Shown: positions 37,263-47,362 of the stretch, in pieces
Numbering within the stretch: position 1 is the first letter of the stretch
Layout of the letters: the number at the start of each line of letters is the position of its first letter
Source: a candidate division WS6 bacterium GW2011_GWF2_39_15
GTDB lineage: Bacteria > Patescibacteriota > Dojkabacteria > SC72
Reading direction: 5' to 3'
Length of the DNA stretch: 64,000 nt
Assembly (NCBI GenBank): GCA_000993565.1
Contig: LBWK01000002.1
Coordinates: 160,620 to 224,619 of the forward strand
The notes under the pieces: model-generated
The model's database searches: none
Told to the model about the DNA's origin: nothing
What the model saw: only the letters and a program-made list of their open reading frames with translations
Program-made: the position numbers and the translations under genes

Positions 37263-39206
37263 ATGGAGAAACAACCTAAAAAACCTATAATCCAGAGAGT
37301 TCTAGAACCTATTTTCTTTCTTGCACTTCTCTTTATCTACTTTCTAGGTAGTATTGTCTTGTGGGTTGTGAATATAAAAGTATTGCCATTATCGTTCAAG
37401 AAAAATGCTAGTCAGAAGGTAGAGGTATTTTTTGACAATATATATAAGACCTTGGATCCGAAGCATGAGGATTCGATATCAAAGCGAGATCTTATTGAAC
37501 TTGCCGTTAGAAATATGAGAGCCAAGAAGTCGAGAACCAATGTTACTATTGGTGGGATGACCATTGGTATCGCTGCTATTGTTTTTCTCGTTTCAATCGG
37601 TTACGGGGTTCAGGAGATGGTTATTTCAAGAGTTGCAAGACTTGAAGAGATGAAACAGGCGGATATTACTACTCAGGTGGGAGGAAGATTAAAAATAAAT
37701 GATAAAACGATCAGTGATTTTGAGGACATTCCGGAAGTTGTTAAATCTCTGCCTTTAATTTCTGTAGTCGGAAAGATTAGCTATAAGTCTTCAGTCTCCG
37801 ATATGGCTGTTTATGGAGTTACCTCAGAATATCTAAAACAGTCTGCTATTCAGCCGACCAGCGGAAAGATTTTTGAAAGTGACGACCTAATAATTAATAG
37901 TATGATTGAAAACGGTAAGGTTGCCGGTGTGGCAAAAGAGAGCGGATTGGTTGGGAAGGAGATCCGGGCTGTTTCCTTTACGATTAACCCGACTGTCTGG
38001 CTTGAAGTTCATGAGACTCCAGATCTAGGTTCAAAGATTCTGGGATATACTAAACGAGTTGAGGGCTTGTACGAGGGTGTTGAAATTTGGGGCGGCAGTT
38101 ACGGAGCTAAAAAAGGTATTGGAATGGTAGGTGAGGATGTTTCAGGCAAGGTCTTAGGCAAATGGATAGGTTCAGAGTTTCTCCTATGGAAAAAAGGAGG
38201 ATATTCAGATGAAGGTTATCAGGTGCTCAAGGGAGATGAGGATTTTCAGCTTCAGTCAAAAGGTTACATAATACAGGAGGGAGTAAAAGTTGAGCAATCA
38301 TTATTCTCTTCAGTCAAAGTGCTTGGAGTTTCTGATACCTTACCAAAAGTGGAGATCCCATCCGAATCGGGAAGCGGATCAGATATAAATATAAAGAAAA
38401 TCAATCTGGGAGACCAGGCTATAAAAGAAGCCGTTATTAACCGGGCAGCACTTCGAGTGTTAGGTCTCGAAGAGAGTGAGGCAATTGGAAAGGTCTTTAG
38501 TGCCTCATTTGTTGTAGTAGGTGATTTACTTGAAAACCCTGACGAAAAGATAGAATCTAACGAAACTGAGTATACAATTGTCGGAGTAATTCCGGATGAT
38601 AAAACGCCGGTGATATATGTACCATTTATAGATATCCGTTCTTTAGGTGTTGTGAACTACTCGCAGCTCAAATTGGTTGTGAAAGATAAGTCTGATCTTG
38701 TAAAAGTAAGATATCAGGTAGAAGCAATGGGTTATGTTACTAGATCAGTAGCTGATACTGTAAATCAGATTAATAATATCTTTTCTACGGCAAAGCTATT
38801 ATTAGCTCTTTTTGGGTCGATTGCACTTATCGTTGCTTCACTCGGGATGTTTAATACCCTGACCGTTTCTCTCCTTGAACGAACTAGGGAGGTTGGGCTT
38901 ATGAAAGCAATGGGAATGAAGTCTTCAGAGGTAAAAGAGCTCTTTCTCACGGAATCGGTCATTATGGGGGTACTGGGCGGGGTCTTTGGTATTCTGTTAG
39001 GAGTTGTATCCGGAACTATGCTTGGTATCGGTCTTTCTATCTTTGCCGCATTCAAGGGAGGGGGGACAATTGATATATCTGCATTGCCTCTTGCATTTGT
39101 TGTATTTATAATAGCCCTTTCGTTAGCAGTTGGTATCCTTACAGGTTTGTATCCTGCAAAACGTGCCACTAAGATATCCGTATTGGATGCGTTAAGGTAT
39201 GAGTAA
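37263..39206 (+). CDS. ABC transporter permease, FtsX/MacB-like with large extracytoplasmic domain
   Basis: N-terminal TM helix, an extracellular domain of about 420 aa, and the C-terminal FtsX motif region LGMFNTLTVSLLERTREVGLMKAMGMK plus 3 TM helices. The likely start is the ATG at 37263; the track ORF starts upstream at 37206. Confidence 0.8.
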   Translation: MEKQPKKPIIQRVLEPIFFLALLFIYFLGSIVLWVVNIKVLPLSFKKNASQKVEVFFDNIYKTLDPKHEDSISKRDLIELAVRNMRAKKSRTNVTIGGMTIGIAAIVFLVSIGYGVQEMVISRVARLEEMKQADITTQVGGRLKINDKTISDFEDIPEVVKSLPLISVVGKISYKSSVSDMAVYGVTSEYLKQSAIQPTSGKIFESDDLIINSMIENGKVAGVAKESGLVGKEIRAVSFTINPTVWLEVHETPDLGSKILGYTKRVEGLYEGVEIWGGSYGAKKGIGMVGEDVSGKVLGKWIGSEFLLWKKGGYSDEGYQVLKGDEDFQLQSKGYIIQEGVKVEQSLFSSVKVLGVSDTLPKVEIPSESGSGSDINIKKINLGDQAIKEAVINRAALRVLGLEESEAIGKVFSASFVVVGDLLENPDEKIESNETEYTIVGVIPDDKTPVIYVPFIDIRSLGVVNYSQLKLVVKDKSDLVKVRYQVEAMGYVTRSVADTVNQINNIFSTAKLLLALFGSIALIVASLGMFNTLTVSLLERTREVGLMKAMGMKSSEVKELFLTESVIMGVLGGVFGILLGVVSGTMLGIGLSIFAAFKGGGTIDISALPLAFVVFIIALSLAVGILTGLYPAKRATKISVLDALRYE

Positions 39207-39290
39207 AAGTTGATAAGAGCTGGTTTATAGGCTAAAAGAGGGCTTTCATGCTATAATGACGGCACTAAATTAGCCGAGAGTTAATATTGA

Positions 39291-39578
39291 ATGGTCAGAC
39301 ATGGATTTGCCTTAACAGACGAAAAAAGGCCCAATCCTTTCATGGATGAGAAAATAGAAAGAATCTCTGATACTGAGATACAGTTGAATTCTGTGATTAC
39401 AATTGGAGAGGGTGAGCTTACAAGAGCGGACTACATAAATCCTGGGCTGTATTTAGTAAGCCAACTAAGCAAGGTCGAAACCGAATTGACATCTTTATCT
39501 TCTGAAGATCAACCTTTCATTGTTAAAACTTTTGCATTAAAAACTGCTTGGGGACGTGAGGAAGTTTTTGTTGCCTAA
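39291..39578 (+). CDS. hypothetical small protein (95 aa)
   Basis: ORF only. Confidence 0.35.
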   Translation: MVRHGFALTDEKRPNPFMDEKIERISDTEIQLNSVITIGEGELTRADYINPGLYLVSQLSKVETELTSLSSEDQPFIVKTFALKTAWGREEVFVA

Positions 39579-39633
39579 CAGTAGGTTACTCTCTAAAGAT
39601 ACCTAAATCTAGTATTATCCTGTAAAATTAGGT

Positions 39634-40530
39634 ATGCAAAGCATACAGGACATACTTCAAGATAAAGAGAAGTTTAAGAAAGAGGTTCTCTCTAAACACA
39701 AATATGTAACAAAAGAATTTCAGGATTTTGGTTACAGAGTTGCACTTAAACTAGGAGCACTCAATCAAGTTTCAATGTACATAAGGATGGCAAAGGAGAA
39801 ACCCCGTGTCCACATGGAACAGGCCTTGAGCTTCGCTATTGACTATCCGAATGCAAAGGACAAAGGGAGAATATTCATGTGGAAATTAAAGGAACTCGAG
39901 AAGGAAAGAAACGAAACCCTCAAGACAAGAAATAAATACCTGAGGATTATCCTCTTAGACATAGATGAAGTTCTTATCTTAAATGAACGTTTTAGCAAAA
40001 GGTATTCCAGGGAGTTTAATGTTGATATTGAGATGCTTCGTCCTTTTTTTGAGGAGGCCTTTAACGATTGTCTTACAGGTAAAAAGGATTTGAAAAAGGT
40101 TCTTAAGAAATACCTGAAGGAGTGGAGGTGGCAGGGAACTGCAGATGAGCTTGTGAAATATTGGATTGAAGAGGATCTTAAATATAATCAGGAGATGATA
40201 GACAAGATAAGTGGGCTCAATAAAGATATATATAAAGTGTATATATGTACTAACCAGGAGAAATATAGGACGGAGTATTTAGCAGAGGCTTTAAAAACGA
40301 AAGTTAAACCTGTGAAGGTATTTTCATCTTGTGAGTTGAAAGTTAAAAAGAAAGATCCAAAATTTTTCAAGAAAGTCTTAAAGGAGGTTATTGTTGAACC
40401 CGATCAGGTATACTATATTGATAATGACGATAATAATTTAAATGCTGCTAAAAAGGTTGGGATTAATATTTACAAGTATCCGGACCAAAGCATAAATCAA
40501 TTAATAAAAGATGCTGGTAACAAACCCTAA
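39634..40530 (+). CDS. HAD-superfamily hydrolase with ~110-aa N-terminal extension
   Basis: HAD motif I LLDIDEVL, motif II ICTNQ, motif III Lys in KVKKKD, motif IV IDNDDNN. Confidence 0.65.
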   Translation: MQSIQDILQDKEKFKKEVLSKHKYVTKEFQDFGYRVALKLGALNQVSMYIRMAKEKPRVHMEQALSFAIDYPNAKDKGRIFMWKLKELEKERNETLKTRNKYLRIILLDIDEVLILNERFSKRYSREFNVDIEMLRPFFEEAFNDCLTGKKDLKKVLKKYLKEWRWQGTADELVKYWIEEDLKYNQEMIDKISGLNKDIYKVYICTNQEKYRTEYLAEALKTKVKPVKVFSSCELKVKKKDPKFFKKVLKEVIVEPDQVYYIDNDDNNLNAAKKVGINIYKYPDQSINQLIKDAGNKP

Positions 40531-41326
40531 GAAATTTGCAAAAATTGCATATAAAACCTCACAGCTCTTCTTGAGCATGGAACTTACGCATAGAGCTCAG
40601 ATTGCGGCTTGGGTAATTGCGGATTTGTTTCAACCGTTTGTTCTGGCCGTGCTTTGGTCCACAGTTGCCAGAAATGGAGGGGGAGGGTTTACCGGAGATC
40701 AAATGGTTACATACTTTTTTATGGTCGCAGTTGTGAGCAAACTCACCAAAGACTATTCTGACCAGTATATGACTAACAAAATAATGTATGGCGAGTTTTC
40801 AAAATACCTAGTAAAACCCTTCCATTATCTTTCTGAAGTGTTTGGTATAAGTATGGGTTTCAGATTCCTGAGGCTTATCATACTTCTTCCTTTTCTTCTT
40901 ATTACATACCTGTATTTTAAGGACCAGATAATGATTTCCCTTTCCCTTTTACATATAGGGCTATTCTTTCTGGCTGCGATTTTAGGTTTCCTAATTAACT
41001 TTATGCTTGGTAACACTTTTGCACTTGTAGCTTTCTTTATTAAGCAGATATTAGGTATCAGATCATTGTATGAAAACGTAATAACATTTCTTTCCGGTGA
41101 AGTCATTCCGATTCTTGCAATGCCGTTATGGGCTGTATTTATAGTTAAAGGGTTGCCTTTTAGATACACACTCTCGTTTCCGATTGAGATCATAACAAAA
41201 CAGCTCATGGATTTTGAAATTTACAAAGGATTTTTGATTGGAGTACTATGGCTGGTTTTACTGGTTATTTTATATAAAGTTCTATATAGATTTGCTATAA
41301 AAAAATATGAAGCGGAAGGTATCTAG
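40511..41326 (+). CDS. ABC-2-family transporter permease-like membrane protein
   Basis: Six predicted TM helices. Topology and size match ABC-2 type permeases. No adjacent ATPase. Confidence 0.55.
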   Translation: MLVTNPKKFAKIAYKTSQLFLSMELTHRAQIAAWVIADLFQPFVLAVLWSTVARNGGGGFTGDQMVTYFFMVAVVSKLTKDYSDQYMTNKIMYGEFSKYLVKPFHYLSEVFGISMGFRFLRLIILLPFLLITYLYFKDQIMISLSLLHIGLFFLAAILGFLINFMLGNTFALVAFFIKQILGIRSLYENVITFLSGEVIPILAMPLWAVFIVKGLPFRYTLSFPIEIITKQLMDFEIYKGFLIGVLWLVLLVILYKVLYRFAIKKYEAEGI

Positions 41327-42116
41327 CAAAATTAAGTACTATTTGAATGTGTGGCTGGCTGTACTCAGGCATAGTCTGAGTAAGGCGGGTACATACCGAA
41401 TCGAGGTCCTTGTCCGGTCCCTTAGGGGAATATTTCTTGTGGTTATACAGGTAATTTTTATTAATGCAGTAATGGGTAACCAGGACCATTTTGCCGGATG
41501 GACATTAGACGAGATGTATTTGCTGGCAGGTATCTTTAATGCTGTTAACTATGTTAGTTGGTCACTTTTCTCAATAAATCTTTGGAGGCTTGAAGAGAAG
41601 GTCATGAAAGGAGAGTTTGATTTCCTGCTTCTAAAACCGTTTTCTTCGATTTTCGGAGCTTCCTTTACTGAATTCTTTGTTGATGATGCAATGTCAGCAA
41701 TTTCCGGTTTATTACTCGTAGGATACTATGTAATCAAACACTTTGCAGAGTTAACAATTCTTAATGTAGGAGCCTCTTTAATAATGATCATATGTGCCTT
41801 TTTCATATGGTTTAGCTTTGAGCTTATCTTTGCAAGTTTTGATTTTATCGCGATTAAGAATGGTACGAGAGAAATTAAAAAACAGATTGTGGGAATAGGT
41901 AAGTTTCCTGTTGATATATGGGAAGGGAATTTTAAGATTCTTTTCTATACACTTCTTCCTATAGCATTTGTCGGTACCGTTCCGGCTCAGGCTCTTTTGG
42001 GAAATCTCGACTGGAAGTACATAGTAATGGGTATAGCGATTTCGGTATTATTTCTTTTCATCGCAAAAGTGATTTGGAACCAATGCCTTAAGAGGTATAC
42101 AGGGGCAGGGGGGTAA
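41307..42116 (+). CDS. ABC-2-family transporter permease-like membrane protein (paralog)
   Basis: Six TM helices. Overlaps the upstream paralog by 20 nt. Confidence 0.55.
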   Translation: MKRKVSSKIKYYLNVWLAVLRHSLSKAGTYRIEVLVRSLRGIFLVVIQVIFINAVMGNQDHFAGWTLDEMYLLAGIFNAVNYVSWSLFSINLWRLEEKVMKGEFDFLLLKPFSSIFGASFTEFFVDDAMSAISGLLLVGYYVIKHFAELTILNVGASLIMIICAFFIWFSFELIFASFDFIAIKNGTREIKKQIVGIGKFPVDIWEGNFKILFYTLLPIAFVGTVPAQALLGNLDWKYIVMGIAISVLFLFIAKVIWNQCLKRYTGAGG

Positions 42117-42148
42117 ATCATCTTAAATTAATTTGTTATCATAATCGC

Positions 42149-42700
42149 ATGACAAGAGAAAGAGCTTGGGAGTTAGTAAAAGAGTATACAAAAAATAATA
42201 ACTTAGTTAAGCATATGCTGGCGGTTGAAGCTGCCATGAGGGCATATGCTAAAAAGTTTGGACAGGACGAAGAGAAATGGGGTGTTGTTGGGTTAATACA
42301 TGATTTCGATTACGAGAAAATGGGTGATCAGCACCCATCAGAATGGGGGTACGAGATACTAAGACAGGAGGGTGTGACAGAAGACATGATTGATGCGATC
42401 AAAGGCCATGGGCTTCGGGATGATTCAGCTTCAAGAAAAGATAATATGGCTCGAGCTCTGTTTGCTTCAGATGAGCTTACAGGTTTTATCGTTGCCGTTG
42501 CACTGGTTAAGCCTGATCAGTTATCAGGAGTGGACGTTAAATCTGTTACGAAAAGGTTTAAGGACAAAGGCTTTGCAAGAGGGGTTGTAAGGGAGGATAT
42601 TATAAACGGAGCAAAGGAACTTAATATTGATCTTGATGAACATATACAGTTAGTCATCGATGCAATGAAAGAGATCAAGGAGGACTTAGGATTGAAGTAA
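42149..42700 (+). CDS. HD-domain phosphohydrolase (HDIG-type)
   Basis: H...HD motif: HMLAVEAAMRAYA...VGLIHDFDYEK and, further downstream, AIKGH. Confidence 0.7.
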   Translation: MTRERAWELVKEYTKNNNLVKHMLAVEAAMRAYAKKFGQDEEKWGVVGLIHDFDYEKMGDQHPSEWGYEILRQEGVTEDMIDAIKGHGLRDDSASRKDNMARALFASDELTGFIVAVALVKPDQLSGVDVKSVTKRFKDKGFARGVVREDIINGAKELNIDLDEHIQLVIDAMKEIKEDLGLK

Positions 42701-42774
42701 ATGGCTCTATAGGGATATAATTTACGCATGTTCCCGCTGAGTATAATTCGCTATAAACTTATTATAGATTAAAG

Positions 42775-43230
42775 ATGCCAAGCCAATCTTTTGCAGATTT
42801 TCTAATGAGTAATGCCTCAGGTTTTGTGGATGAAAGAGCAATGCTCGATGACCATGAACGAAGAGTCCTTGACTTCAAAAATAGATTGTTTGAGATAACA
42901 GGCCTCTCTGTTTATGAACTTGAAGGTATCGAAGCAAATGTTTTGATTGCATGTGTTGCGGAGAATTCGAAACACGATTACGAGGTTCAACTTCATGTGA
43001 TATTTGGAGATAGGACGACTCTTGTGACAAATGGGGGATTCTCAGGTAGGAAAAATGAACTTAAATTTCTTGAAGGGACCCAGCTTTCCGATGCTGATGG
43101 TCTTAAGAAAGCTGTTGTAGGATTGTATATGGCATCCAAAAGCTTGTTAAGTGAAGATAACCAGATAACAAGGGAATTTGTTAAGGATGCTTTGAAACAG
43201 TTGGGAGTTGCAACCAAGTCTTTGAGATAA
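42775..43230 (+). CDS. hypothetical protein (151 aa)
   Basis: ORF only. Confidence 0.4.
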   Translation: MPSQSFADFLMSNASGFVDERAMLDDHERRVLDFKNRLFEITGLSVYELEGIEANVLIACVAENSKHDYEVQLHVIFGDRTTLVTNGGFSGRKNELKFLEGTQLSDADGLKKAVVGLYMASKSLLSEDNQITREFVKDALKQLGVATKSLR

Positions 43231-43414
43231 TAGGATCATACAGAACTTTCTCCGTGAATTAGTCACAGAGGACTTGAAGGAACGCTAGTCAAATATAATA
43301 GAGCAAGTGATTAGAGAATCCACAATACTATATTGTGGGATGTCCTGTATCTACTCTTGTTGTACAAGCCTATAATATGATACAATTATGCATTGAATTT
43401 ATATCTAGATAAGA

Positions 43415-43912
43415 ATGACTATACTAAATAATACTGACCATATTAACATTCCAGGTTTTAATTCAGAAGTACCTTTTAATGATTTAATGGAAGCCCTTGT
43501 TAATGGGGAAAAAGATGAAACCCCTCTAGGTTTTGGTAAATTCATATTTGATACAATCGGAAATGGTTCCTTGTTTGTGCTTAAGTTTGTGAGGGAATAT
43601 GGATTAGGAAATGCCCGTAAAGCTTACTATTTGTATGAAAAAGATGGTAACGGACAAAAAGGTCATTTAGCTCACGTCGTTATTGCAGATAGTTGTACCT
43701 GTGACAAAGCAATCATAACATTAACTGATCTGGAACCGGCGCTCGGCGGTGATCTTATCCAGTACTATGGCAGGCCGTTTCCTATTGAGGAAGGATGCAC
43801 ACAAAGTTCTGACTTAGGATTTATCTTTTATGTAGAGAGTATGGGTAATAAATTCCGTGCTCCAATGGTAAAGGAAGATGATTTCGAAAAGAAAATGGCT
43901 CGATTTTGCTAA
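43415..43912 (+). CDS. hypothetical protein (165 aa)
   Basis: ORF only. Confidence 0.4.
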   Translation: MTILNNTDHINIPGFNSEVPFNDLMEALVNGEKDETPLGFGKFIFDTIGNGSLFVLKFVREYGLGNARKAYYLYEKDGNGQKGHLAHVVIADSCTCDKAIITLTDLEPALGGDLIQYYGRPFPIEEGCTQSSDLGFIFYVESMGNKFRAPMVKEDDFEKKMARFC

Positions 43913-44130
43913 TAAGAGGCCTTAAACAGTCCTCAGCTCTTGTGCTGTTCAAGATATCACTTTCTTGATGAGAATATATCTCTTCTCATTTCTTCTTACA
44001 TCCCATATAATATCTTCAGTGAGATATTCATATACAATAATATCTAGTTCCTTCTCATCAGGTCTGTAAAACAGACCTATTAATCATGAAATAAAACTTC
44101 AGACCGATTTTAAATTAATTAGAAAGAAAC

Positions 44131-45402
44131 ATGTTAGATATTAAAAGAATAGTAGAAGATAAAGAAGTGGTGAAGAAAGCCCTTCTTAAGAGAATGGAGG
44201 AGAAAGATTTTAACTTAGATGAGATTACCGATGCATATGATGAAAGAAAGGAGAAGCAGCAGGAGTATGATAACCTGAGAGCCAAGCAGAAAGGATTCAA
44301 TGATCAGATGTCTAAGGTTGAAAAAGGAAGTGACGAATTCAAGAAGTTAATAGTTGAGCTTAAAAATCTCTCAGAAGAAGTAAAAGAAGCCGAAGAGGAA
44401 TTGAGGGAAGCAGAGGAGGAGCTCAAAAAGAAGCTTGAGGTACTACCTAACCTTCCTGATGATGATGTCGTAGGTGGTGGGAAAGAAAACAACAGAGTGA
44501 TAAGGGAGATAGGGGAAAAACCTGAATTTGGTTTCAAAATTAAGGATCATTTGGAGATTGGTGAGGGTCTGGGAATGATAGATATGGATCGTGCAACTAA
44601 GATGGCTGGTTCCAATTTTGCAATGTATACAGGTCTAGGAGCACAGCTAGAGTGGGCGATGATTAACTATTTTATATCTGAACATATAAAAGACGGATAT
44701 AAAATGATTCTTCCACCTCATCTTCTTGTTGAGGAATCCGGATATACAGCAGGACAGCTTCCGAAGTTCAAGGACGATGTTTACTGGGTCCAGGATGGAA
44801 GTATGCTTCTTCCCACTGCTGAGACAGCACTTGCGAATATATATAGAAATGAGCTACTCAATGAAGCAGATCTTCCCATTAAGTTATTTGGTTATACACC
44901 GTGCTATAGGAGAGAAGCAGGGGGATATAGAGCAAATGAAAGAGGATTGCTTCGAATGCACCAGTTTAATAAGGTTGAGATGTTCCAGTATACTACACCT
45001 GAACAGTCAGAAGCTGCCTTGGAAGAGTTACTGAACAAAGCAACAAACCTTGTTGACGGTTTAGGACTTCATTACAGAGTCAGTCAGCTTGCGGCCGCAG
45101 ATTGTTCTGCCGGGGCAGCTAAGACATATGATGTTGAAGTTTGGTTACCATACCTTCAAACATACTATGAAGTGAGTTCAATCTCCAATGTCCGTGATTA
45201 TCAGGCGAGAAGGGGAAACATAAAGTATAAGACTGGTGAAGGAGATAATAAGTATGTTCACATGCTTAATGCTTCAGGACTTGCTACTAGCCGCTTAATG
45301 GTGGCTGTGCTTGAAACTTATCAGAATGAGGACGGCTCACTCACTGTTCCAAAGGCTCTTCAGCAGTTTGTCGGAAAGGAAAAAATAGAGAAGGGTAAAT
45401 AA
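44131..45402 (+). CDS. serS: serine--tRNA ligase
   Basis: N-terminal coiled-coil arm, then class II motifs (YTPCYRREAGGYRANERGLLRMHQFNKVEMF; motif 3 region NASGLATSRLMVAVLE). Confidence 0.9.
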   Translation: MLDIKRIVEDKEVVKKALLKRMEEKDFNLDEITDAYDERKEKQQEYDNLRAKQKGFNDQMSKVEKGSDEFKKLIVELKNLSEEVKEAEEELREAEEELKKKLEVLPNLPDDDVVGGGKENNRVIREIGEKPEFGFKIKDHLEIGEGLGMIDMDRATKMAGSNFAMYTGLGAQLEWAMINYFISEHIKDGYKMILPPHLLVEESGYTAGQLPKFKDDVYWVQDGSMLLPTAETALANIYRNELLNEADLPIKLFGYTPCYRREAGGYRANERGLLRMHQFNKVEMFQYTTPEQSEAALEELLNKATNLVDGLGLHYRVSQLAAADCSAGAAKTYDVEVWLPYLQTYYEVSSISNVRDYQARRGNIKYKTGEGDNKYVHMLNASGLATSRLMVAVLETYQNEDGSLTVPKALQQFVGKEKIEKGK

Positions 45403-45418
45403 TATAATCAGGCACTAA

Positions 45419-45982
45419 ATGGGCTTTTTTCTAGGGTTTATACCTAATGAACAGAGTAATTATGAGGTTAGAAAGGTTGTCGGCAATTTAGGTAGGGTCT
45501 TTGACGGCCAGAATGTAAATGTCCGTTGGGTAAAACCTGAAACGTACCATATAACTCTCGTTTATTTAGGTGAAAGATTAGGCATCATTAAAAAAATGCT
45601 TTTGGATCTTAAACTTAAGAAAATTGTACTTAAAAAGTTCTCCGTTCGGCTTGATAAGGCCAACTTGGGAATACAGAGAAGTTATAAGGAACTTGTATAT
45701 CTTTCATTACTAAGCGGTGGAGATGAGATCAGAGACATGTTATATCAATTGGGCCTTTACGGAATTCGGACAAAGGATTATGAGATATTCATTCCCCATG
45801 TGACATTGGGTCGTGTTAATAAAGTAGTTAGTGATGAAGAGTACAAGAATCTCTCTCTTGATGTAAGGAACGTAAATAAAGACCTGAAAGTAAATGATAT
45901 ACGATTTGATGTAAAAGAAATTCATCTAATTGAATCAAGTGAGGGTAGTATATCTGTAATTAAGAGTTACCCTTTAGTCTAG
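45419..45982 (+). CDS. 2H phosphoesterase family protein (RNA 2',3'-cyclic phosphodiesterase LigT/ThpR-like)
   Basis: Two H-x-T-x motifs (HITLVYLG and PHVTLGRV) with the appropriate spacing. Confidence 0.75.
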   Translation: MGFFLGFIPNEQSNYEVRKVVGNLGRVFDGQNVNVRWVKPETYHITLVYLGERLGIIKKMLLDLKLKKIVLKKFSVRLDKANLGIQRSYKELVYLSLLSGGDEIRDMLYQLGLYGIRTKDYEIFIPHVTLGRVNKVVSDEEYKNLSLDVRNVNKDLKVNDIRFDVKEIHLIESSEGSISVIKSYPLV

Positions 45983-46853
45983 AATCGACTACTTTGATTG
46001 CATCTTTGTCTGTATTGACCTTTATTGCTATTGTATTTCTTTTGAACCAGGTCTTTTGACGTTTGGCGTATTGTCTTGTGTGAAAGTAAATCTGAGACTT
46101 TACTTCCTCAATAGAGCCTTCACCTTTAATATAGGGAACAAACTCTTTCATTCCAATAGTATTAAGACCCTTGAGGTTCTTCCTATCATACTTTGTTAGT
46201 ACCCCCAAAGCCTCTTGTTCAAGACCACTTTTGATCATTATATCAATTCTTTTCTTTATTCTTACCTCCAAAAGTTCCATAGGAAGGTCTTTCAATAGGT
46301 AAATATGTTTAATAGGGGCTCCTTTTAAATCGTTCTTTTGCCCTTTTTCAATTAGCCTTATAATTCGGACACGGTTTTTACTATCACTTTCGTTTAGAGT
46401 ATCAAGATTACTGCCGGCGATCTTTTGCAGAGATTCTAAAGGAAGGGTGTTTAAATATGATCGAGTGTAGATGGACCTTTGGTTATGTTTTAAATCATAC
46501 GAATTTATAAAACTGTCTATATATAATCCGCTGCCTCCTACAAGGATAGGTAATTTATTGGATAGATCTTTTGATGCTAGTAATTTTTTAACATCTCTGT
46601 TAAAAGTCTTTATGTTGTATTCCTTTGACAGAGGAACAAAACCAAATAAGTAGTGTTTTATACCTTGTATTGTCCAAGATCCGTCACTATTTACATGATC
46701 AGGTTTCGGTTGTGCAGTGGCAACCGGAATATCTTTGTATACCTGTCTGGAGTCCGCGTTAATGATAAACCCGTTAAAAGCCTTTGCGAGCTTAATTGCC
46801 AGATCCGTTTTTCCTGAACAGGTCGGACCCGCTACTACAACAATAGGTAACAT
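45960..46853 (-). CDS. miaA: tRNA dimethylallyltransferase
   Basis: P-loop GPTCSGKT, then NADSRQVYK and the LVGGSGLY motif. Confidence 0.88.
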   Translation of the reverse strand: MLPIVVVAGPTCSGKTDLAIKLAKAFNGFIINADSRQVYKDIPVATAQPKPDHVNSDGSWTIQGIKHYLFGFVPLSKEYNIKTFNRDVKKLLASKDLSNKLPILVGGSGLYIDSFINSYDLKHNQRSIYTRSYLNTLPLESLQKIAGSNLDTLNESDSKNRVRIIRLIEKGQKNDLKGAPIKHIYLLKDLPMELLEVRIKKRIDIMIKSGLEQEALGVLTKYDRKNLKGLNTIGMKEFVPYIKGEGSIEEVKSQIYFHTRQYAKRQKTWFKRNTIAIKVNTDKDAIKVVDSRLKGNS

Positions 46854-47362
46854 TATAGCCTTTTGTTAATTATAACGGTATTAATTTCTACGGATATGGC
46901 AGAGATAACAAGACCTAAGATAAAAGGAATTAAATTACTCTGAGGGAAAAGAACGTAGCATGATGCGGTCACAATTATGCCAGCAATTATGAAGTAGATA
47001 GTTTCCCTTACAATCTTTTTAGGAAATTCAAAAGTAGGGTTGGCAGTATCTGTTTTTGTCTTCTTGAGCATATCAATGAAGTATTCCGTGTGTAAAAGTG
47101 TAAGAAGTACAGGCATCCATAAGACAGGTACTACATTTATACCCTTGATACTCACTCCGATTAGTGGGGAAACTATGTATGCAAGAAGCGAAAGGAGTAT
47201 TGGAGGGAGAACTATTATGAGGAGGAACCTTCCCGGTCGTCTTTTTATAATATAAGTATTATATCCGAACATTATGGCTGTAAATAGGGTAATTGTGAGT
47301 ATAAAAGAAAATATTTCAAGCAGTGTATGCATTTGTAAGAGCTCTATTGGATTGTTTATCAT
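46853..47362 (-). CDS. membrane protein (4 TM), function unknown
   Basis: Hydrophobicity pattern. Overlaps miaA by 1 nt. Confidence 0.45.
   Translation of the reverse strand: MINNPIELLQMHTLLEIFSFILTITLFTAIMFGYNTYIIKRRPGRFLLIIVLPPILLSLLAYIVSPLIGVSIKGINVVPVLWMPVLLTLLHTEYFIDMLKKTKTDTANPTFEFPKKIVRETIYFIIAGIIVTASCYVLFPQSNLIPFILGLVISAISVEINTVIINKRL

Noticed and set aside
43913-44130. Possible T-box or other riboswitch upstream of serS (palindromes ATGAGAA...TTCTCAT and 8-bp hairpin AGGTCTGT/ACAGACCT at 44060-44078)
   Set aside because: No T-box consensus (GGUGGNACCGCG) and no T-run after the hairpin. Probably simple promoter/operator-region palindromes, so it is not called.
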